From the NCBI GenBank assembly GCA_001949185.1, contig BDGG01000016.1:765759-829758 (forward strand): 64,000 nucleotides of DNA, written 5' to 3'. The DNA is from Ramazzottius varieornatus. Taxonomy: Eukaryota; Animalia; Tardigrada. Shown in pieces: positions 37,801 to 49,600 of this stretch (the first letter of the stretch is position 1; every line of letters begins with the position of its first letter). The notes beneath the pieces were generated by a model that made no database searches, had not been told where the DNA came from, and saw only the letters and a list, made by a program, of their open reading frames with translations. The translations under genes were made by a program, and so were the position numbers.

Positions 37801-39585
37801 AAACATCATGAGTCTTTCTCGTCCATCGGGAAAATTTAATCCAAATCAGCAGAGAAGCACAATCGCCTTTTGTCGGTTTGTCATTATTTTTTCTGGGATT
37901 TTTTCTACGGTTGTTTTCATATCGTACTCGGTTGCCGTTTCCCGTTTGTCACGATTCTGACTTTAATTAGAAGCCAAGCGTTTTTCTACAAGTTTCTATG
38001 GACTTTGAACAACTCTGGGAAGTGGTCTAGCTGCGAATAATGTGTGGTGTGGTCCCCGTATTGAGTGCATATTTCGTGTTGTAGAATTTGGCGGAAGCCG
38101 AGTACATTGCGGCCACCTTCATGTACATGCGCCTACTGGGCTACCCGGCTGAGTCCATCAGCATCCTTTCCACCTACAACGGGCAGAAGCACTTGATTCG
38201 TGACGTGCTGGAGAAGCGGTGTGGCAGTAATCCGCTGATCGGTATGCCACACAAAGTGGCCACTGTTGACAAGTACCAGGGTCAACAAAACGACTATGTC
38301 CTCTTATCACTGGTCCGTACCAAGACCATTGGCTATTTACGGTATGTACCCACCATAACTACCCTTTCCTGCCACCTCACAAACATATAGCTCAGTGTAT
38401 ACGGGGTTACTTTCCAGGGATGCACGACGTATGGTCGTGGCCTTGTCACGTGCCCGTCTTGGGCTGTACATCTTCGGCCGCGTACCTCTCTTCAAGAACT
38501 CGCTGGAACTATCACCAGCTTTCTCGGTGTTACTGCAACGGCCCACTAAGTTTCACTTGATCCCGAATGAATCGTTCCCAACCGAAAGAACGGTTCGCTT
38601 CTTTTTCATGGAAAATTCGGAGGCTCGACAAGATTGATTCCCCAAGCGCCGCACGCTGTCATTGTTACTTGCTGCTAGCGTGCGTCGCTTGGGAAAAAAA
38701 TGATCTTGTTGGACTCTCATACAGACTTTCAGTTCTGGAACTCAACTAAGAATTCAGAATCAAAAGCTAAGCACGATGAACGTAAACTGCTCTTACCGTT
38801 TGATGACTTTTCAGCTGGAAGCAACGCAGTCAGACTCGATGGTCGTCATGAAGGACATGCCGGAAATGATGAGTTTTGTATATCGGTTGTACGAGCAGAA
38901 AGTACAGCTGCTAAGGCCGCTCTCACATGTACGTATCTCAAATAGGGAACTTTTCGAGATCTTCTCTTGCATGAGAAACGGGTAGCTCGGCAAACAAAAT
39001 GGACAAGATCGTTTTTTTCCTATTCCGAAGTGGCGCTCGCGGTCAGCCAAAAATACGAAAGACGTGCGTCACTTGGGAAAGCGATCTGATCAAGTCTGTT
39101 TACCGAGCACCCAATGACAGATGTACAATGGAAAAGAATGCTTCCCTGATCGTGAGAACGTGCCTCGGTACATCAATCTCCGATCAGCGACTCCACGTGA
39201 TCACGGGCATGGAAGCACTGTCTGCGTTGTATTTATTAACATTGGCTGTGTTGTTTTGCTGCAGCAGGAGAAGGATGATGGGACGAGTGAAGATGAGGAT
39301 GACGAAGAAGCGGCACCCGTAACCAGTGAAGTCGTTATTGAGGATGAGCAGATAGCTGGCGCTATCAAGGATGCATTGGAGAACCCAGGGACCAGCGCGA
39401 CTCCAGCTGCGCCTGCAGCCGGTCCCCAGCAGTTCATTCCACGCTCAGACCTGCCGTTCTTCCCCATCCGGGGCGATCGCGGAATGACCCTGATACAAGA
39501 CGACGCGGGAGTGGACGAAGAAGAGGCACCAGCGGCAAATGAAGCGAGAGACGGAAAAGAAGGGAAAGAAGCGGACAAAAAGTGA
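31833..39585 (+). CDS. AQR: RNA helicase Aquarius (intron-binding protein IBP160), multi-exon
   Basis: [92 protein letters not shown]. Confidence 0.97.
32316..32428. repeat. Palindromic N25 element (AQR intron)
   Basis: Core 32356-32402. Confidence 0.9.
33013..33145. repeat. Palindromic element, 35-bp spacer variant (AQR intron)
   Basis: Core 33051-33107. Confidence 0.88.
35577..35670. repeat. Palindromic N25 element (AQR intron)
   Basis: Core 35600-35646. Confidence 0.85.
36389..36535. repeat. Second intronic inverted-repeat family (ACCTGCATAC...GTATGCAGGT)
   Basis: Same inverted repeat also at 49455-49509, and degenerate at ~17931-17985. Confidence 0.6.
37025..37222. repeat. Palindromic element, tandem dimer (AQR intron)
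   Basis: Cores 37052-37103 (30-bp spacer) and 37138-37184 (25-bp spacer). Confidence 0.87.
38620..38716. repeat. Palindromic N25 element (AQR intron)
   Basis: Core 38644-38690 AAGCGCCGCAC-N25-GTGCGTCGCTT. Confidence 0.87.
38980..39112. repeat. Palindromic N25 element (AQR intron)
   Basis: Core 39028-39074; full arms GCTCGGCAAACA...TGTTTACCGAGC. Confidence 0.9.
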
Positions 39586-40377
39586 AGAACGGTTTGACAG
39601 TAAGACTTCTCCGATACCCTAAAATAGTATCTTGCAAAAATATCAAGATAAATTGTTGCTGCTGTAATCCTAATTTCTGGAATGTAGCCAAAAATTCTTT
39701 TTGTTCATTTTATTGTTGAGTTTTGTCTTGAAAGCGAAAATGTCAACATAGATAGTTGTAGACAGTGGACGTGAACTCGCAGCTATGCAAATTTGAGGCG
39801 CGAAGGTGCGGCATGGGAAAGCTAGCCGACAGAATATTATGCTAATAAGCCAAGCGTTGCTATTCACTGAATGGAAAAGCGAAAAGCCCTGTACGCTGTC
39901 AAGTCCAAAGGCGGCGTTAAAATCGATATGATAAGAAGCGAGAATGGCTTATCAGGTCTGCGCGTTGATTAGGGGAAAGTTACCGTCTCTGTGCGCTGTG
40001 GTTGCAATCTGCTGGAAGGAAGTTCAGGAAGAGAAGTTATTCCTGCGCACGTATGAAGGGTGCCGCAAAAGGCTCCCGTCTGGCGACGGTAGTGCGTAAA
40101 GGAAAAGCGGAAAGAGCCTTCTTGGCATTGGCTTTGGTGAGAGTGTGGGGCAGTAACGACAGTCTAGTGAGTCTACCATGCATGGCAGTGTTGCAGCGAC
40201 CCACTGATGGCTACGCTATATCCAACGGAGTTTTCCCTCACGACCGACGATTCGCGCTTAAAAGGTCGTTGAACTTTGGCGAACCGCCCGCGCGTTCTGC
40301 TCGTACATGCTGTGGGTTTCATAGCAGAAGGATGGAATCGATACGATTACCACCTTCAGACGTACGAGTTCGGCTTG

Positions 40378-40483
40378 CGGCAGACCCGACCAGATCGTTG
40401 TCTCAAGTGGTGCACGCTTCCAGTCAATATCGCTGTGAACGTGCGCCACGACTGACGACGATTAGGTCGAGTTGTTGTGGAGC
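40378..40483. repeat. Palindromic N25 element (between AQR and PURA CDS)
   Basis: Core 40405-40451. Confidence 0.87.
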
Positions 40484-41535
40484 TTCCACATAGCCGAGCA
40501 GAAGATTGTGGTTGACGCCAACGATCCGAACCTTTTGGCAAAAGTGGGCTTCAATTTTGGAATTTTTCCAAATGTGACTTTCAGGTGAAATTTGCTGCTT
40601 GCAGTTCTCGGTCACTGGAAAGAAAGGATTGTACATCTATCATTATTTTCGCAAAAGGAAAAGGTGGTTTGGGGTCCAGCGAAGCGGAGAGTTTGAAGTA
40701 GCTCAACGTCTGCCTCTTGGTGGCTCTTGCAGTCTGGCCGCTTTTTTCCCCAAGGAGGCTTGCTGGCTCTTTCACGGAGCTTTGTGTACACCGGAGCCGG
40801 TTTAGTCTACGACGTCGTTGCAGAATGGTAGTGTGAAACCCTTCCTTGCATAGACGGTATTTGCAGACTGCAAGGTCTTTGTTCACGGCCAGCGTTGCAG
40901 CAGCCGTCGTCGCTGAATTTGGGGCAACTCGATTAAGTCTCTAGCGAGCCAGCCAGCCTGAGTGTATGGTAGGACCGTCAACATGTGTCTGTATGGTTGA
41001 AAGCTGGCTAGCGAACTCTCGTGCTAGACTGACTGCTGACATCGAACTCGAGTCTCTGCAAATGTGGACCGCCGCGTCAATGTCGACCTGACGATCGTTC
41101 TCAACGTTAATACGCTGCTTTGTCAGACAACGTACCGTATTGAACGCTCCATAGACCAGACGAGCTGAACTGAATTTTCGCCGAAGACCTAGCTTCTGCA
41201 AGACTGCAACGGCTGTACATATGTTAGTTTTGCCAACAGCAGCGCCTAATCGGGATTTCTCTGCGCTGTCCACCATAACTTGTGAATGCTGCCGTGGACC
41301 GCACACGGAGATCCGAGAACTAAACTTCACCCAGTTCTATCATATCCGTCAAACTAATTGCCACCTTGCAATCTTGATACTTTTACTGGCTCATGAAGTA
41401 CCTCCTTTCAGCGCTGAAATGGGAATGGCGGTTCGTAGAAAATAATAGCTAAATTTGAGGAAATTCGGGAACACGGGAGAAGTCAAATGGTGAATATTCT
41501 GTTATCGGACCGAGTTGGTTTTGGTGACTTCTGCC

Positions 41536-43196
41536 ATGGATCCTCCTTCAGGTAAGATGACCGGCAGGTCGGAAGAGTTCACTTTATTTATTTTTTTCTA
41601 GAATTTATTGATATTGTCAGGATTTCTTAGGAACGTTTGTATGATTATTACCTTAAGGGACTTGGGCAAAGGAATGCACCCCTGTTGCTGTGCCAAGTGG
41701 CGCATCTTTCGAACCAATACCGATAGGAACGTGCGCCACTTGTTATAGGGATTTGGGTGGAGCTATTTGCTGACGAGCCATCTGGCGTTCATTTTGCTGT
41801 GTACCGACCAGACTGGCTTTGGTTTTTGCAGAAGAAGGGAGCAGTGGCGATGGCCAGTACAGCGAAAAAGAGCTGGACACTCGGATAGTACAGATCCAGG
41901 CCAAGCGTTTCTACGTTGATGTCAAGGAGAACCGCCGCGGTCGCTTCATCAAGCTGGCAGAAGTTTCCACAGGCCATCGTAAAAACCGCATCATCGTACC
42001 CATGTCCATTGTGGCAGAGTTCCGCGATCGACTGACGGAGTTCGATGCGAGAAACAACCAAATCGGTAAGCTCTATCTCGTAATTGATTGCATAGAATAT
42101 AAAATTCGAAACGAGGAAGCAAACCGGAGCGATTAGATCGCGCACCTTATCAGATTTCCTTCGAGGCATTCGGTTCCAGAAATAATTCACTGTTAACCTT
42201 GACGTTTACAAATTATTTGACGGACTGTAACCAAGCTGTTTTGCTCGTGTTTAGGTCCTGCTTCTCCCTCTCCCCTGCCGGAAGACGGGAAGCTTCACAG
42301 CCGTGTTATCATAAAGGACTTTCGAAGATATTACCTTGACCTAAAAGAAAATGAACGAGGTCGCTTCGTTCGGGTATGCACCGTATTTTTCTTTGACTGG
42401 CTATACATGATCCTGTTTACAATTTCAAGTCTTCTTTGAGACCCTCTTACCAGGAAAATGGATGCATCCGTTTCACCGTGGGAAAAATGGCACAACGTTA
42501 AAGTTCTTGAGCGTCACCACCGGGCTACTTTTTGTAGGTTTCCCTGATAAGTCGCGGCATCAGATCTCAACTTGGTATTCCTGCTCAAGGTCTCATCCGC
42601 CTCAGAGACGCCTTCACGGAACTTATAGACCTTTTTGCCATCCCTGCTGAAATTGAAGAAGAAAGAGGTGGGTTTCCTGTCCGTCATTTGTACCAAATGC
42701 CTCATCACTACTAATAAACGGTTCAACCAGTTGCTCAATCAATGTTAAGAGTGGGACAGGTAATCATTTGCCCTTTTCAGTTGCCTTCCGCGGTGACCTC
42801 CCGGAAAGTCGGTCTATTCGCGTGGAAAACAAGACCTTCTTTTTCGATATCGGCCAGAATGACCGAGGGGTTTTCATGAAGATCTCTGAGGTACTTCACT
42901 TTGAGATACCTCTGTCAAGTCACAGCTTTGTATTAACAAAGCACGTCCTCCTTTGGTAGGTGAAGCAAAACTTCCGGAGTTCTATAACGATACCGGACCG
43001 TTCCTGGGGAAAGTTCCGGGACACGATCGACGATTACATGCGTGGCATTCGGTCGAACCCTGATCCGCCGCTCGAAGGAGGTCGCGATCGTGATCGGCCT
43101 GCTGGTTCATCTCAAGGTCCTGGACCAAGTAACTTCCCTGGCCCTTCATCAGGCACCTCGGCTTTCTTTTCACCTCCCAATCTTGGTGGGCTGTAA
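41536..43196 (+). CDS. PURA: Pur-alpha family ssDNA/RNA-binding protein
   Basis: Three PUR repeats: [24 protein letters not shown]; [18 protein letters not shown]; [25 protein letters not shown]. Confidence 0.93.
41692..41743. repeat. Palindromic N25 element, core only (PURA intron 1)
   Basis: Core 41695-41741; outer arms not recognisable. Confidence 0.88.
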
Positions 43197-44459
43197 CCCG
43201 ATCATACCGGGAAATGTTCACGTCCCACTCCGCCTTTCTTTCTCTTCTGAGCGTTCTCTCCGCTTCTCGCAGGACACTGCGGGTCATCGGCAACCAGGAA
43301 GGGTTAGGGCTCCTTGTACAACTCAGACATACAACTCGGGTACTTCTACGTCGGAAGTTGCAGAGTCAGCACTTTTATCGCGCATGTTTTAGCTTTCAAG
43401 CCTTTCATCGGGTCGTATACAGACTCAACAGCCATCGTGGGCTATCGATCTTGCGGCCGGGGTGAATAACCTTCGCCATTCCATTTTCCACTTTCAGCCC
43501 TGACAGTGCAGCGTGCTAGCGTTGATGTTGACGGAAGACCGCGGCCTCCGCAAGTCGAGCTCCTGGATCGATCAAGTCTGCGCCTAGTCAAGGCTGTGCC
43601 TCGGTCACAACTGGACCCCTGTCAGGGCCGTGCCTTAGGCTAACTTGACTCACGATCAAGGCCGTGTTGTCACTATCGCGGACATTCATGGAAGACTTTT
43701 CCCATCTCCTCGACTCTTTCTCCTTTACGTCATCATTTTCATGTCATACTCCGTATTCTAATCTCCAGAATAATCTCCTACTTGGCTAGCTTGCCACTGC
43801 CAGCGCTTGCATTTTCGCTTTGGGAAGACGGGGAAGTCCTTGTAGTTCTGCGAGATTCTCCGTCGGTGTGGATGTGTTTTTGTGTGTACTGTGTACAGAA
43901 AGCAATCACAACGGTTTTGATAGTATTACGGTGGGTTTGACATTGCTTGTTTGGCTCGCTTGTTTCCCTCAAGCGGGCTGGTTAGTTGTATAGAAGAAAG
44001 TTTGATTTACTATTGATTTCCGGTGTATTTTTGCATTTTGTATCTTGTGGGTGGCGCATCGAATATGAACGAAGCTTATTCTTGTGGCTTTTGCTAGTCT
44101 GCTTTTCAGTGCTTTCACATGAATTATCTTTTTGTTACTGTTCGCATAAATTGCTGACGTATTAATTTGTTGTTGCTTCTTTTTTTATACCATAAAATTC
44201 CATAAAATTCACCACAATGTCCATTGTTCTCTTCTCAGTACATTTTGAGTAAATTATTGAGCGGTATAGCGAAAAGGAAATTTGAACTGACAAAGGCAAC
44301 AGAAACACGATCAAAGCTGGGGTGAAAAGTCACTCGTAAGTTACTCCGAAAAGAATTAACGGGAATGAATACACCAGGAAGTACGAAAGACCGTCAAGAC
44401 TCGCGAGTAATAATACTGCCAAACTCGAAATGCCATTAAAAGCTACAAAAATCCTTCTT

Positions 44460-45702
44460 CTAAAAGTCTTTCGATTCGCAAGATGTGGTTTCCACGGGGT
44501 CAAAGGTATCTGGCACGAGGAAATCGTCTTCGATTTCGGTGTCGACTTCTTCCGGGTCTTCACTCCCTTCATCCGTTTGGTCCACTCCTTCGTTCTCCAT
44601 CTTGGCACTTTCATTTCTCTTCCATTTAATTCCGGTTAGCTCTTCCATCTTTTTCAGGCGATTGTAGACTACCAGACTAACCACGGTCATGCCAAAGAAA
44701 AAGTTAACAAGAACCATGAACAGGCCAATTATTATCGGGTATCTCTGTAAATAGAACCGGAAACCAGAAAGCTTCGCTTCAACATGCAATTCCATCTTAT
44801 AGATGTCCAGTCTGGAGCGGTGGACTGTAACGATAGCGTCGATGACAGGCTGGTAATGACTTTCTTTGTGGTATGGAAGGACTTCCAGGCGGATCTGCTG
44901 GAGTTCTTCCATCCAGGAAGACAGGTAGAACGGCCAAAGGATAAGCAGCCGAAGGACGTGGTGGACGAAAGAATGGTAGCGCATACTGGCTGCTCTGGCC
45001 GACGACTGGATCACTACCTCATCCATCGACCGAAGGGTAATCTCTACCATAAATGTCCCCGCATCCGTATTGACCTACGACAGAAACAAAGAAGGAAGTC
45101 GCACTGGAGGAAGATAGAAATCCTATTATGTCACCAGAAGAAGCGTATAACGTCACGGAAGGCTGGCTTGTGCAACGCGGAAACGCAATTCCGCAGTGAC
45201 GTCACAGACTGTTAGCATGAACTGCTCAAATCAGTAATCAAACGTCAACATTGCACCGGAAGTGAGTATTCGCCTGCGCTTCCAACCCGTAACTAACCTC
45301 AGACTCTGGAAGATCCATCAAAACGGAGAAGGAATAGACTTGTCCAACCATGAGAAATCCATAGCTGGGTAGTTTGGACGACTGATCAGCAATGAAAGGA
45401 ACAGTTGCGTTAGGATAGACACAGACCTCGACTTTACACTTTTCGCAGTCGGGATGCTGCAAGTTGACGGGAAAGGTCTGACGCATTTCAGGTAGCATGG
45501 AGTATTGGATCAGAAAGAATAGGAAAATAGCTAAACCCAGCACGAAGAATGTCGAGGAGACGGCAAGAAGGAAGCGGAACGAGAAGGAAAGCAGAAAATC
45601 CATAAAGTTCACTCTGGCAGCCGACAAGCGCTTCTCCACTGACAGGATGTAGTTGTATGTCCTCAGCTGGGAAACGTCTATATTCATGTCTTCGGGAGTC
45701 AT
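44460..45702 (-). CDS. BSCL2: Seipin (lipid droplet biogenesis)
   Basis: N-terminal TM, GQVYSFSVLMDLPESE|VNTDAGTFMV, ARAASMRYHS..LILWPFYL..EELQ, EAKLSGFRFYL..YP, C-terminal TM. Start codon uncertain. Confidence 0.85.
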
Positions 45703-46683
45703 TTCGACAGGATTCAAGATCACCTGAGCTGTAGACTCAAAGTTGAACTTGATGGAACGTGCAGAAGAATTAATGGACACTGTTACTGTAATATTAGTGA
45801 TGTCAAAGTGCTTCGGTGAGTGTCATGTATCGATCTATAGCTTGGTCATTTAGCTTGTTCTCATCTGGTTGGACTCACGAAGTCAGCTTCTCTTGCCGAC
45901 TCGTGGTTTTCTGATTTTGCTTATAGATAACTTGCTTGACAAAGCAGACGGAGGACCTCTCTGGAGAATAGCTTATCCGAGATGCAGTAGAATGTTTGAT
46001 GTCGGCGAACCAGGTGGTACGTCACATTCTCCAAATCTTCCACTTCTCTTCCGGAATTTCGGCAAATCAGAGGTGTATTCTTGCATTTGAGGGCTTCGAA
46101 GTCCGTGCTTTTATACTGCTGGCGGACTACAATAAGATCAACACACAATAAGTACGTACATTAAAAAACCACAATTCTACAAGGAACAACTAGCCATTCT
46201 CCTTCAAGGCATCAATAGTATTGAACATTCCCAGTTCGTACAACGAACATACGTGGTAACCGTGACTGATAACGATATCGATACTGCAGCTGAAGGCGTC
46301 GTCTTCCACCTTAATTCCTAATGGACATCGTTTCGATAACAGGGCTGCCGCCAAAGCTTCAAGAAGGGATGACCACAAAGGGTATCCACACGAACGACTG
46401 AACTGCGCAAGAATGGAGTTGTGTCCAGCAGTCAAAAGCCAACAGAAGTGCTGAAAAAGAAACTGCAAAAAATATGGTTGGTACAGCGAGTTGCTAACAT
46501 CTCCTTATGGGCCGTGGCCGTGTCTTGCGTTCCGCGACTGGTTCGAAAACTTTTGGGTCCTCTGAAGGCTTCTATTTTTATGCAAAGTGCCAACGGTAAA
46601 AAGGCAAGTAAAACGAGAAACTGCACAAAAGAAGGCGCTAAAACATGGAAGGAAACACGAAGAGGCAAATGACCATCAATGCA

Positions 46684-49600
46684 TCAAGGAGAAGAGCGTG
46701 CTAGAGAATACCATTGATCGGGCACCGGAAGGAAATACCTTTGCATCGCATCACAGAAGCGACTTCGGTACAGTTCAGGCGAGAGAATAGTCGGCAAGAC
46801 TTTATGTCCGCCCATGGCGAAACCTTTCTTGACGACCATTTCTAGTCGTTTATCCCACGTGAAGGTTCGAATATAGTCAATGATCCCTAAGATGAGCTCT
46901 TTGCGGCCTTCATCGATACCCACCAACAGCGAGTAGTCCATAACGTACAGACTAGCCAGGAATTCCGTGTCCACACTGAGGGCTTTGCTCAGGGCCAGCT
47001 TGACTTGTGGCTGAATGTACAACGGGTGCTGACAGATGCTTCGGAGGAAGTTCTCGTCGAGCAGAACCAACTCGGCACCGTCTGCGGTTAGGCTTTCGTC
47101 GTTTAAATTGACCAAACGATTTCTCAATGAGCCTTTCAAATCGAAGACCTGCAATGAATCCTTGACCAATGACTGGCTATGGCAGTATTAAGTAAGGAAG
47201 TTGAGCCGCGTGAATTACCTGTTGTACTTTACGGCCATAAAAGAGGTTTTCCATCACCAGCAGGTTCTGCTTAGCCACAGCTCCGGTCTGCGCATTGCGG
47301 AAGCCCACGCGGTATACCCCGACTATCTTGGCCAACACCGTCGTTCTCTGTATATTGGAAGATGTATTCAGAACATGCAGTGGAAGCAGGAATAATGCTG
47401 CGTACCTTCTCTTCGATGGCCTGGGTAATATAGGCAAAGTAGTGTGGAGCGAAGTCAACGAAGCTCTGCAACTCCAAGCGCGACATCTGCTTCAAGACGA
47501 AACGTCCGTCAGCGCTCTTGGTGAAGCTGGAACCGCTTTTGCCACCGAGTGCTTTCCAAACTACGCTTCGAGATAACGATCGGATGAAACTACAATATAA
47601 AGACAACACAAGCTTATAATATTACTTCACACCGAATACTGTAATTTCGATACAGTTGTAACAGGGTCTGATGGAGGGACGCTACGGTAGCTTACCGGTC
47701 TTCTCCAGAAGGAAAGACGAGTTTCCGTAGCTTGTAAAACTCTTCGGCATAGTACACGCGGCAGTAGAACCTGGCCGAGTGGTCAGCGAACTGCACGTCC
47801 ACAAAGGGCTGATGATGGCTACCACCTTCGCTGGACCCGGAGGAAGGTTTGATGTGAAAAGTAGCTTCCGAGGTCGAATCCGTTGGCTGTACTTGACCGG
47901 TGGACGATGTAGCTCCTTCTACTTTCTGGTGCTTCGTCTCTCGGAGCAGGTTCACCCGAGCTTTGTACTCTACAGAAGTCAGCGTATAGGCAATCATGGA
48001 GCTGAGATCGTCATCATAGACAACAACGGGAAGTGCGCCACTGTCGATGGGCAAGTAGTGCTCGTTGGGCGGAAACGGCAGCGGAATAGCTTGGCTGCAA
48101 CTGCCGACCGGCGGAGCAGACCGCGTTGGTCGATGAAGTCTCGAAGAACTTGCTTCCGGTGGTTCTAGCGAAGTGGGCGTGGCTAAAGGCAGGACATTTA
48201 GGGCGGCCTCTGTCGCGCTCCGTCGAAGACAAGTCAGAGACTGATCTGTTTCCGGCTCTTCATCTTGCCCACCTGTACCAACAGCAAGTCACTGCTACGG
48301 ATTCTTTCGCTCAGTTAGCAAGGACCTACGGTCACATTACCTAAAGAAAAGCTGGCTGGTTTGTTGTTGAGCAAATCCGTGTCAAGCGGATCAATGGCGA
48401 TGGCCACGGAAGGTGGGTGGTATGTGCCACCGTGGGCCGTCAAGTCCGGTGTAGACTGGAAAGACTTTAAAGTTCGTTTCCGTTCTTCTTTACGGCGAAG
48501 AACTTCCATATCAGCCAGGTTACCGTTCCACTTCAGCGCTGTTTCCGTCACCTGCACTTTCAAGCTGGTGATGGCGTCTTCGATGTCCCAAGCGAAGCTA
48601 CTCTGCTGTGCGCAGTCGGCGTCTTCCGCCTCAGTAACTTCCAACTTCAGCAACGGTGATGCCAGCTTAACCTGCAATTGGGACGTCGGCAAATGAAATG
48701 AGCCGAATTGTTCTCTCTAGTGGCGCACACCGTCATTCTTATTGGCTGAAGTGTGCGCCACTTGGGAAAAACAATTTAATTCACTTCATTGGTCCACTGT
48801 CCCAGTTGCCGAAAGATAATCAGGATAACTATGATGGTACAGTATCGTAGGACATACCTGTAAACATTCCAGTTTGTCGCGAAACATTTGCCGATGGGAG
48901 CGAGACGATACGAGAAGCGATGGCAGCTGTTCGTGAATCTTGTCCGAGTCCAGAGCTTGTAGAGAAGCCAAGTGTTCGTTGATGGCCGAGAAGACATTGT
49001 GGCCCTTGATAGCCAAACTTTTGACTTTGTCGATGAGGGACATCCGGACTGGCATGTGGTACTGGAGGTGGTAGTTCATGACCATGGGCGGACTGACCAC
49101 CTGACGGACCTGGATGGCCGCCATCTTGAAGGCCGCAACTGTGTTGCCCATGGCGAAGAAGTGGACGTGGTCGTGGTTGAGGGAATGCTGGCAAGAGGAG
49201 GACGAAGTACGTCGGTAGTTGAGTGCGTGGAATCGGAGATCCAGATACTTGGCAAAAGACAGGCTCCAGCCTTCGTCGTTCAGTAGCGTCACCGGACTCA
49301 CTTCCCTGCAAAACAGACAAACTTGCCACATTCACTCATAATCATCTGACGCACTCAACATTCCACAATGTTTATTCCAAAATTCCAAAAAGGTGTATCG
49401 TGGGTTTGAGGAGACAAATGGGAATTAGGCTGTCAAAGCTCAGGTTTTTCAAGCACCTGCATACACAGCGGACCGTAACAGTCTTTGAACGAATGCTCGG
49501 TATGCAGGTCCGTGCTGTGGCGGCTCATTTTCTTCAGTAACCGGTCAGTCATGCTCTTGTTCTAGTTTTGTGCTCGTACTCACTTGCAGATCTTGCACCA

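Noticed and set aside
39700-41500. ORFs between AQR and PURA (e.g. 40002-40493)
   Set aside because: No homology cues, and one overlaps a palindrome copy; likely PURA promoter, 5' UTR or intron.
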